This document shows, piece by piece, positions 45,238-52,363 of a stretch of 52,363 bases of DNA. Both the position numbers and the translations under genes were made by a program. Below the pieces are notes generated by a model. That model saw only the letters and a list, made by a program, of their open reading frames with translations, ran no database searches and was not told where the DNA came from. The DNA lies in the IMG/VR virus record IMGVR_UViG_3300037069_001879, positions 1-52,363 of that record. One strand, given 5' to 3'. Within the stretch, counting starts at the first letter, position 1. Every line of letters starts with the position of its first letter. The DNA is from a virus (lineage: Duplodnaviria; Caudoviricetes).

Positions 45238-46506
45238 CTATTTCTTAATAATGGTTCCTATTTTTTCGTGTATTTCCAAGCCGTCCACTTTGGCGTCGCA
45301 ATTATTGGCAAAGAAGGTTAAAATCTTATCTGCCCAGTCTTGCAGGATAGGTTCTCCTTTGTCGTCCACGCTAACCGCTTTAGTGGTTTTGTCACGCTTG
45401 TAATGGCCCTCGAAAGATGGGTTGGAATAACAAGCGAACAGTACCGCGCTAAAGATTTTAACAATATCAGCGGGCGGGCCTGTGATCTTCGCATATTTGG
45501 TTTTGCGTACACCAGTAAGCTCGCCATTTTGCTGAGCCGCTACCTGTGCGTTAAACTCGGCGTCCAACGTTTCTTTTTGCAGTTGCGTAGCTGCTTCCTG
45601 TTTGTTGGTTTCGATCTGCTGGTTAAACAAGTCGGTAGCTTTCTTGGTTTCGGCCTCAGCCTGTTTTGCCATGTCTGCTTTCTTAGCTTCGGCAGCAGCA
45701 GCGTTGGTTTTTTCCAAGTCGCGTATTTCTGTCAGCTTAACCTTGAGATCAGGCAGCTTGTTTTTAAACTCCAGGACGATTGGCTCAGCCTGAGCGATAT
45801 AAATTTTATTCACCTCGTCGTAGGTGAGCTGCTGTTTTTGCTCAGCTAAAAACTGACTGAAATCCTCGGTCGTGATCTTTGATTTATCGTAAGGGATAAT
45901 AAACCAATCCTCAAAGTCGGCCTGTTTCAATGAGGGTTTAAGTGAAAACCGCTTGGCTTTTTCGTCGAAGTTTTCCAGCGTAAACGTTGCAAGGTATTCT
46001 GAAATGCCCTCACGCAAGGCAGACGCGCGTTTTAAGATATTGGCGTGGAACGTTGTGGTAAACTCTGACCTTAACCTTGCAAGCTCGGTTTCTTTATTGC
46101 GCTGCGCCTCGATTTTTTTATTGTTCTCCTCGATCTGAGCGGCTTTTTTAACTGCGTAGTTATCACGCAATAGCTTAACGCGCAAGGCTTCGGAGCCTGT
46201 ATGCGATTTTTCAAGGGAAACCGTTTTTTCAGGTTTCATTAGCTCCTCTTTAATGAGATCGGTATTTTTGGTAATACGCTCCCTCATTTCCTTGATCTTA
46301 TCGTAGGTCAGTTTCGACTTAACCAGGTAGGCGTTCGCTTTCTCGTCCTCTTCGTCGTTTTCGACCTGTTTAATAGTACTGAGCGCGGCAGCGGCGCGCT
46401 GGGCGCTCGCTACCATTTCGGGATATAAGGTCTTGGCGTTTTCCAGCGCGCCTGTTAGTACCAATTCTAAATCGGTACCTTGATTTGTTGCAGGTGATGT
46501 TTCCAT
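45238..46506 (-). CDS. Long coiled-coil protein of the recombination module
   Basis: Likely start ATG 46506 (METSPATNQG), right after the recT stop. Confidence 0.65.
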   Translation of the reverse strand: METSPATNQGTDLELVLTGALENAKTLYPEMVASAQRAAAALSTIKQVENDEEDEKANAYLVKSKLTYDKIKEMRERITKNTDLIKEELMKPEKTVSLEKSHTGSEALRVKLLRDNYAVKKAAQIEENNKKIEAQRNKETELARLRSEFTTTFHANILKRASALREGISEYLATFTLENFDEKAKRFSLKPSLKQADFEDWFIIPYDKSKITTEDFSQFLAEQKQQLTYDEVNKIYIAQAEPIVLEFKNKLPDLKVKLTEIRDLEKTNAAAAEAKKADMAKQAEAETKKATDLFNQQIETNKQEAATQLQKETLDAEFNAQVAAQQNGELTGVRKTKYAKITGPPADIVKIFSAVLFACYSNPSFEGHYKRDKTTKAVSVDDKGEPILQDWADKILTFFANNCDAKVDGLEIHEKIGTIIKK

Positions 46507-46507
46507 T

Positions 46508-47659
46508 TTACCAGGCCTCCTCTGTGTTAATGTCGTTAGCGGCTTTGGTTTCGGGCTGCTCCACTTGCTGTTCCTGTGCGGCAGCAGCTGGCTCCGACGC
46601 AGGTTCGGCAGTTGTTTTTTTACCACGCGGCTTTTTACCAGCTTCGGGCGCTGCGTTGGTAACATCTTCGCTCGGCGTGATAATCTCACCAGAGTCCGTA
46701 TTAACAAGGTCGCCATTAACTTTCTCAATCTCGCTAAGCGCGGCAATAGCTGCCCTCGACTGCTCAGCAATGCGTTTGGATTGATCGTCAGGATCTACAA
46801 AAGCAGCCTCAGGGTTTGCAGCGATAAACTCGGCATATTTGTTGTCCAACAGCGCGTGTTTTGGTAACTTCTCCTGCATATTCCAGGTGCGCTTTACGAG
46901 CGTCTTTTTAAACGCCTGCGCTTCGCTCGAAATCCACATAGGTGGTTCCAGGTCGTACTCAAACCAGCCGTTTGCGCCTTTGGCTTTGCCTTTAAGTATG
47001 TCGCCCGCTTTCTTACCCTTGTTCTCCTCGCTGCTGAGGGCTTTCATATAGGATTTATACGACTTGCTGTAATTGTCGCGAATGTTTAAAACATCTTCGC
47101 GGTCCATCATATAGATTTCCTTGCCGTGTGTGAAGTGTACTACCATATACACATGCTCAATCCTTGCATTTTCAGGACGAGGTGACTTAGGGCGGTGGCT
47201 GTGTATTTTGACCTCCAACCCTTTTTCATAATCGAAAATGTCACAATCGTAAACGATCTGAGGCTCCGATACGTGAACCACTTTTGGTATTTCGAGCATT
47301 TGCTCCAGGCGACCTTTCCAGCCTACCATAAATTGGGCTTTCTTACCGAAGCCTACTATATAGGTAAGTCCGTCGCGTAGTGTAAGCCCTGAGATTGCAA
47401 GCTCTATGAACGCGCTATAAATGGTAAAGCGGTCGCAGTCTTTCAGTTTTTCAGTCGCTTGCGTAAATAAAATCATTTCAGCAGCAAAACGGTTTTCGCC
47501 GTCGTTTCTGCCCGAAACGCTTTCATAAGTTTTAATCCACCTTTGTTGCACCGCAGGGATTTGGATCATTTCCGAGAGTGAGGCTGGCGCTGCCAGCATT
47601 TGTTGGGTTAGCGCAACGGTTGCCACTTTGGCAGGTGCGTTGCTGGTTGTGTTTTCCAT
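46508..47659 (-). CDS. recT: RecT-family single-strand annealing protein
   Basis: AISGLTL..GLTYIV.F...AQFMVGWKG, IVYDCD.F, KKTLVKR; acidic disordered tail. Confidence 0.8.
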   Translation of the reverse strand: MENTTSNAPAKVATVALTQQMLAAPASLSEMIQIPAVQQRWIKTYESVSGRNDGENRFAAEMILFTQATEKLKDCDRFTIYSAFIELAISGLTLRDGLTYIVGFGKKAQFMVGWKGRLEQMLEIPKVVHVSEPQIVYDCDIFDYEKGLEVKIHSHRPKSPRPENARIEHVYMVVHFTHGKEIYMMDREDVLNIRDNYSKSYKSYMKALSSEENKGKKAGDILKGKAKGANGWFEYDLEPPMWISSEAQAFKKTLVKRTWNMQEKLPKHALLDNKYAEFIAANPEAAFVDPDDQSKRIAEQSRAAIAALSEIEKVNGDLVNTDSGEIITPSEDVTNAAPEAGKKPRGKKTTAEPASEPAAAAQEQQVEQPETKAANDINTEEAW

Positions 47660-47850
47660 TAATTCATAAAGATTGGTGAGGAATATTGAAACTCAGGCAG
47701 GTCGATAAAGAATAATTTAACCTGGGCGCTATGTTGAGCGCGTGGCGCCATTAGTCGGGCGACTGCTGTGGCTTCAAAGCTTGAACCGTCGGAGCCTACT
47801 GTTATGGAAGTAAGTTTTTTGCAACGGTATAGGTTTGTGAACTTTAACAT
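47659..47850 (-). CDS. Hypothetical protein
   Basis: First gene of a leftward operon, coupled to recT. Confidence 0.5.
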   Translation of the reverse strand: MLKFTNLYRCKKLTSITVGSDGSSFEATAVARLMAPRAQHSAQVKLFFIDLPEFQYSSPIFMN

Positions 47851-47874
47851 AAATTTAGCGTTTTAAATGTTCTA

Positions 47875-47957
47875 CAAATCTATTGGAAAAATGTTACATT
47901 CAAAATATATTTTAAAATATTTTTTATTTTTTTTTCTAAAATTTATTTTTATCTTTG
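47875..47957. promoter_or_regulatory. Divergent promoters with a variant AT box
   Basis: Leftward TTTG-18 nt-TAGATTTG; rightward -7 TATCTTTG; core ATTTTAAAATATTTTTTA. Confidence 0.65.
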
Positions 47958-47983
47958 CTGTTGACTAATAACACACATATATT

Positions 47984-48220
47984 ATGGCTAAACATATTTT
48001 AAACCTACACATGCTGTCCAAGCTCGTGGACATGCAGGATCCTAAGTTGTATTACCATTTAAACCTTGCCATGAAAGGTGTGGTTGGCCAACTTGACAAA
48101 GCGGCATTGCAAAAAATTAAAAAGGTTCTTTCTGCTGAGCATCAAAAAAACCTTAAGTTTATCGACGACCTTATAAAGAAAGGCGAAGTTCAGCAGTCCG
48201 ATCTTAAAAAAGCATCTTAA
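47984..48220 (+). CDS. Hypothetical protein (possible small DNA-binding regulator)
   Basis: 78 aa, basic and helical, first gene of the rightward operon. Confidence 0.5.
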   Translation: MAKHILNLHMLSKLVDMQDPKLYYHLNLAMKGVVGQLDKAALQKIKKVLSAEHQKNLKFIDDLIKKGEVQQSDLKKAS

Positions 48221-48251
48221 CAAAAATAATTCACATAATTTTTAACCAAAA

Positions 48252-48758
48252 ATGAAAGTTGTACACTTTACATTACCACAAGACTACTCGGGCAGCGAAT
48301 TAGCAGCCTGGTTAAAGTCGAACGCTGTGGAGAGCTTTACCGACGAGATCAAGCGGTATTTCACTTCCGAGCAAATCGCGGACTTTGAACATGAGTCCTC
48401 AACCCATGGCCGCGAAAAAAACAAGCTGGACGATCTGTTAAAAGAGATCACCGCAGCAATCAAAAAAGGCCTCGAGGGCGAGGAGCCTTTAATTATCGAA
48501 ATTGCTCCAACCATTGGTACCGTTATGCTTGATAAGCAGCGCCGCCAAAACGACAACTTTATTGACCGTGGTTATGAGGTTGAAGAGTGCGAGGTGTTTG
48601 GCATCGTTAACGAAACCGAGGAAACCATGGAATACGTTACGATTGAGGGTGAGCTTGTTAAGGAGCGTACCCGCGGGCTGTCGCCTAAGGAGAAAATGAA
48701 ATATTTGCACGTTAAGCAAATATCCATGGTTCCGGGCCAGTTAGCTGCAAATGGCTAA
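48252..48758 (+). CDS. Hypothetical protein
   Basis: 168-aa acidic ORF with an A-rich leader. Confidence 0.65.
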   Translation: MKVVHFTLPQDYSGSELAAWLKSNAVESFTDEIKRYFTSEQIADFEHESSTHGREKNKLDDLLKEITAAIKKGLEGEEPLIIEIAPTIGTVMLDKQRRQNDNFIDRGYEVEECEVFGIVNETEETMEYVTIEGELVKERTRGLSPKEKMKYLHVKQISMVPGQLAANG

Positions 48759-48906
48759 GCAAACTAACGACCGGGATTTGCCTGAGGTGGATCCCGGTTT
48801 AAAAAAGACAATTTTTGAATTGGCGGCCAACCTCAAGTCGAAAGGTTGGACAGACCGTCGTATTAATCGACACATCGAAAAAAAGTTTAATATTAAAATC
48901 AATTAA
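48751..48906 (+). CDS. 51-aa hypothetical protein (not in the ORF track)
   Basis: MAKQTNDRDLPEV...KGWTDRRINRHIEKKFNIKIN; fills the operon gap. Confidence 0.55.
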   Translation: MAKQTNDRDLPEVDPGLKKTIFELAANLKSKGWTDRRINRHIEKKFNIKIN

Positions 48907-48907
48907 A

Positions 48908-49651
48908 ATGGATATTGATAAAATGAACGTAAACGTTCCTACTGATTATAACGGATCGCCTATCCACGTAGTGATAAGCGAAGGCAAGACGCCCGCACTC
49001 AATGAGCCGCGACAACTTAATAAGATCGTAACGCTGGGCTCCATAGCGGCCCTTATTTTAGCTGGTAAGTTTGACAAAAACCCAAAAGACAACAAAGCAA
49101 TGTTGTTTTACAACTTACAGCCCGAAAAATTGGGTATGGACTTTTACGGTGACCCTACGGACGCCCTGGCTGTTGAGCTGCATGCCAAGCTGGAAATCAA
49201 TCCCGACTTTTTGGCCTGGGGCATTAACAAGGATCATTATTTTTCAGGCAAGGACCTGCAACTGTTTTGCCGTCGGTATGCTCATTGCTTCGCTGACCCA
49301 AAACAGGCAATGGTGCTGGTAAACGCGCTGCGTAACTTCGAGGTTAAGTTTGAGCAGGTACACAAAGAAGAGGACGACCGCAAGGGTAATACTGATAAAC
49401 AGTTAAAAACCAGCCTCAACTTTGCAAAAGGCGAAGTGCCAACCGAATGGTTGCTTACCATGCCGCTCTTTAAAGCCACCGAGCCTGTGACTTTTAAGGT
49501 TGAAATTGAGATCGAGGCGCGTAACGGTTACCCGACCTTTGGTTTTTACAGTCTTGAAAGTGACCTCCTTTTAAAGACTACGGGCGAAACCATAGTAATG
49601 AATGAGGTTAATAAATTTTCGGACTACGTTGTTTCAATGGAACAACAATAA
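48908..49651 (+). CDS. Hypothetical protein
   Basis: Likely start ATG 48908 (MDIDKMNVNVP). Confidence 0.65.
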   Translation: MDIDKMNVNVPTDYNGSPIHVVISEGKTPALNEPRQLNKIVTLGSIAALILAGKFDKNPKDNKAMLFYNLQPEKLGMDFYGDPTDALAVELHAKLEINPDFLAWGINKDHYFSGKDLQLFCRRYAHCFADPKQAMVLVNALRNFEVKFEQVHKEEDDRKGNTDKQLKTSLNFAKGEVPTEWLLTMPLFKATEPVTFKVEIEIEARNGYPTFGFYSLESDLLLKTTGETIVMNEVNKFSDYVVSMEQQ

Positions 49652-49663
49652 CCAAAACCCACA

Positions 49664-49999
49664 ATGAAAAAATTATTAACCATGTCGTGTTGTATACTTA
49701 TAGCGGTTTGCTCTTTTGCCCAGGGTACACACGAAAAAACGAAACCAAAAAAAGAAACCATTGGCGTAGCGCCTACGCCTGGACCTGAAAAGATATACCA
49801 TTTCAGTTTTGATATGCCTGCAAGTGAAGTGAACAGGCTGGGCTTTGCGCTCAACCTGACGCTGGACCGATTAGACGAAACGTCCGCGCCTGCTAACCAG
49901 GTTAAGGATAGCAAAACCACTATTAAAAACTGGGGCCTCGTGCTGCAAAGGCAAGTTGAGGCGCAGAATGATACAACCAAAAAGCCTCCTGCGAAGTAG
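49664..49999 (+). CDS. Signal-peptide protein
   Basis: MKKLLTMSCCILIAVCSFA|Q. Confidence 0.65.
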   Translation: MKKLLTMSCCILIAVCSFAQGTHEKTKPKKETIGVAPTPGPEKIYHFSFDMPASEVNRLGFALNLTLDRLDETSAPANQVKDSKTTIKNWGLVLQRQVEAQNDTTKKPPAK

Positions 50000-50018
50000 G
50001 CTAAATTACTGACAAATG

Positions 50019-50051
50019 AAAAAGCCCTGCGTTAATAGCAAGGCTTTTTTT
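50019..50051. terminator. Bidirectional terminator between convergent operons
   Basis: AAAAAGCCCTGC-loop-GCAAGGCTTTTTTT. Confidence 0.8.
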
Positions 50052-50072
50052 GTGGGCAGCAAGCAGGTAGCT

Positions 50073-50309
50073 TTATACCTTGTTTGTCTTGGCTGCTGAG
50101 CTAACAGCGGCCGCGCTGTTAGGGTCGTTAACGACTGTTCCGCCCGTTACATTGCTGTCTTTAGCATTGATTAAGCCTACGGCAACGGCAAGGGCTGTTA
50201 ATGCGTTGGCCACATCGTGCGTAACAACGGTAGGGAACAAAAGCGGAAGCAGTTGCAGTATAACAACCACCACGCCGCTTGCTGAGGTTTTCCAGGATTT
50301 GAAATTCAT
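50073..50309 (-). CDS. Holin-like two-TM protein
   Basis: SWKTS..G start, two hydrophobic helices, GLINAKD motif. Confidence 0.6.
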   Translation of the reverse strand: MNFKSWKTSASGVVVVILQLLPLLFPTVVTHDVANALTALAVAVGLINAKDSNVTGGTVVNDPNSAAAVSSAAKTNKV

Positions 50310-50422
50310 AACGCTTTGGGTTTGATTAATAAAAAAAACAATGATACGGTTTTTATGGATACACCTGATAATTAATTACGCTGAGCGCGAGGCTGAGGAT
50401 TAAAATTGTTTTTTTTCATTTG

Positions 50423-50782
50423 CTATTGTTTATGTATCCTGGGGTTAAAAATTGAAATTCGACTATCGAGAAACTCCATGTACGCCGCTGTTCCAGGCAG
50501 CGGTTGCAGCAACTGCAAATAGCCAGCGTTTGAAATCTCTGCCCCTTGCTTGTTGTAAAACACAACCCGGATAAAAAAACCGACTGTCGTATCCCGCTGC
50601 ATTTGGGTAATGGAGTAGGTAACCGAACGCGCGGTGTCGGTTAGCGACGTGGCCACCATCTTATCGATCACGTAAGCGCCTTTTGGCACCAGTACCGTAT
50701 CGCCCTCGTTGCTTCTGATTTTTGTTTGTGCGTTTACCCCAATAGCTGCTATCATGAGTAAAAATGTGATGATTGTTTTCAT
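50423..50782 (-). CDS. Signal-peptide protein directly downstream of the tailspike (possible spike chaperone/partner)
   Basis: MKTIITFLLMIAAIGVNA|Q. Confidence 0.65.
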   Translation of the reverse strand: MKTIITFLLMIAAIGVNAQTKIRSNEGDTVLVPKGAYVIDKMVATSLTDTARSVTYSITQMQRDTTVGFFIRVVFYNKQGAEISNAGYLQLLQPLPGTAAYMEFLDSRISIFNPRIHKQ

Positions 50783-50788
50783 AATGCT

Positions 50789-52360
50789 TTAAAATGAACC
50801 GATTACCAGCCATGCGTTTCCGCTTGCCTGAATTGTATAGCCTTTGTATTGAACGCTTACCGTTAAAGAAGCCGCACCGTCTACTGTATCAGCGCCGTTC
50901 GGAGTTATCACAACCGTATTGGCTGAACCGTCTATTTTTTTAATGATGTAGGTTTGGCCGGGAACGGTATTTGCGGCGGGTAGATTGACCGTTACAGTCC
51001 CGCTGGTGGCGTTACCCTGAATTATATAATTACTTGTTGTTGCTGTTGTGGCACCCGCGCTAAATGTATTCGAGGTTGTCTGTATGCCGGTAAAGTGTGC
51101 CGCTCCCGTGAATTGAGGGCTTGCTAAAGGGGAATAATAAGTATTCACCCATGCTGTCGTTGGTATCTGCGTAGTGTTAATGTTTGAGCCGGGTGTTGGC
51201 GCTGTTGGTGTGCCGGTTAATGCGGGGCTTGCCGATGTTGCGTAATAATTAGCCGCTATAACATTCAATTTACCGTTCGTACCGCTCGTAACTAAACTAT
51301 CTGTGCCTGCCGTACCAACGCCTTTTTGTTTGATTGTGGCAAGCCCGTTAACCTGTAATTTTGCGCCGCTGCCATTATCCGTGTTGTTATTAATTAAGAC
51401 ATTTCCCGTACTTCCCTTAATCACCATTTGGTAGGTAGAATTTGTACCGAGTGTGGAAAGATCAATATCCTGGGCCGTCCCTGTTGAGTTAGCATCGGCA
51501 ACCAGTAAAAGCCTGTTATTTCCAAGAGACGTGTATTCAGTAGAGGAGGCCAATGAGGCATTCGTAAAGTTAGATGGTAGCGAAAATATGCCGCCGATTG
51601 TAATTCCGTTGACCGTTAAATTAACGCCGGAAAATGCGTTTGTTCCCGTGTTTGTATTGGATAAGTTTATTTGAGTGTTAAAGGCATTATCGTTGTTGAT
51701 AAAGTTTTGAATGCCCGAAAAGTTCATTCCGGTTGCGAAACTGGTCAAAAGCCCATAGCCATCGTTATATGTCTTGGTAATTGATGAGCTGCCGAAAAAC
51801 GCAATCTGGGATGGCGCCGAAATGTTGTTAGGATAATAAGATGAAATAACACTTGTTGCCTTTAACTGCAATGCCCATCCTACCGAAGACAATAACCTTA
51901 TATTATTCATTAAAAGAACGGGTATAGTTGCGCCCTCGTCTACTGCTATTGCAGACGTATTTGAGGCGGTTACATTGTTTAAGCTAACGTCGTTTGTTAC
52001 CAAAGATGCCCCAAGATCAACCGGGAACATATTGACTACCGAGGTTGCTGAATCCCTCAAAATGGCGCTGTCAAAAATGTTTATATGGTTTATATTGCCG
52101 TTAAGCTGGATTATATTAAAGGCACTTGTGTTTGTGTTGGAAGTCATAGAGAAATTATGACTAATATTTAACCGGTTAATTGTCGATCCTGTATCTACCA
52201 TTAAAGACGGGTATCCGTTACCTATGGATGGCCTTTTGTAGTTCGTAATGGATATTTCATTTGCGATTGTATGAATGTAGGCTTGAGCTGGTTTATAGCC
52301 CCCGGTGGTTGCGGTAACATTCACATTATCTATCCTGACCGAAGAAATGTTTCCCTTTTT
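50789..52360 (-). CDS. Tailspike/tail fibre, C-terminal part (continuation of 1..2034)
   Basis: Asn/Ile-rich beta-helix, SPALTGTPTAPT...TTQIPTTAWV fibre motif, C-terminal TVNLPAA...YIIKKIDGSAN...DTVDG domain. Confidence 0.88.
   Translation of the reverse strand, partial: KKGNISSVRIDNVNVTATTGGYKPAQAYIHTIANEISITNYKRPSIGNGYPSLMVDTGSTINRLNISHNFSMTSNTNTSAFNIIQLNGNINHINIFDSAILRDSATSVVNMFPVDLGASLVTNDVSLNNVTASNTSAIAVDEGATIPVLLMNNIRLLSSVGWALQLKATSVISSYYPNNISAPSQIAFFGSSSITKTYNDGYGLLTSFATGMNFSGIQNFINNDNAFNTQINLSNTNTGTNAFSGVNLTVNGITIGGIFSLPSNFTNASLASSTEYTSLGNNRLLLVADANSTGTAQDIDLSTLGTNSTYQMVIKGSTGNVLINNNTDNGSGAKLQVNGLATIKQKGVGTAGTDSLVTSGTNGKLNVIAANYYATSASPALTGTPTAPTPGSNINTTQIPTTAWVNTYYSPLASPQFTGAAHFTGIQTTSNTFSAGATTATTSNYIIQGNATSGTVTVNLPAANTVPGQTYIIKKIDGSANTVVITPNGADTVDGAASLTVSVQYKGYTIQASGNAWLVIGSF
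52279..52360. repeat. 82-bp terminal overlap, copy 2
   Basis: Identical to 3..84. Confidence 0.95.
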
Positions 52361-52363
52361 CTT

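Noticed and set aside
46507-46770. N-terminal extension of ORF 45238..46770
   Set aside because: Overlaps the recT 3' end in another frame; ATG 46506 right after the recT stop is the better start
52279-52360. Physical direct terminal repeats or att sites
   Set aside because: The repeat lies mid-gene and preserves the frame, as expected for a circular assembly overlap; no integrase or host flanks
1-52363. Diversity-generating retroelement, introns/inteins, tRNAs, stop-codon recoding, lysogeny module
   Set aside because: No reverse transcriptase or TR/VR pair seen, core genes are uninterrupted in the standard code, and no cloverleaf, integrase or CI-like repressor was recognised (by eye only)

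Overview
The window is an apparently complete, circularly assembled dsDNA tailed-phage genome of about 52,276 bp. An 82-bp end overlap (3..84 = 52279..52360) falls inside a gene. It looks like a siphovirus: long tape measure gene, no sheath. Its portal, capsid and tail-tube proteins resemble, from recall rather than a search, those of Bacteroides phages B40-8/B124-14. TTTG-n17-21-TAnnTTTG promoters and signal peptides followed by Gln point to a Bacteroidota host. I found no integrase, repressor, DNA polymerase or tRNA, so it is probably virulent. Modules: virion and lysis (about 1-23.9 kb and 50-52.4 kb), early/accessory genes with terS (24-30.5 kb), replication (primase, putative ori, two helicases; 30.5-36.2 kb), a 7-deazaguanine DNA-modification cluster (36.2-43.8 kb) and recombination (43.8-47.7 kb). 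Main leads: (1) a dpdA/folE/queD/queE/dpdL-like pathway lacking queC/queF, with a glycosyltransferase translationally coupled to dpdA and a cupin, suggesting an undescribed (possibly glycosylated) deazaguanine base; (2) a ~1173-aa tailspike/depolymerase missed by the ORF track that starts with a Sec-type signal peptide, plus four more signal-peptide proteins including a nuclease; (3) a candidate sRNA whose hairpin loop is complementary to an ACGCUAA motif next to five early start codons; (4) ANGRGAUA hairpin loops in front of the high-copy virion genes; (5) a -1 frameshift in the tail assembly chaperone. All family assignments come from motifs read by eye; no searches were run.
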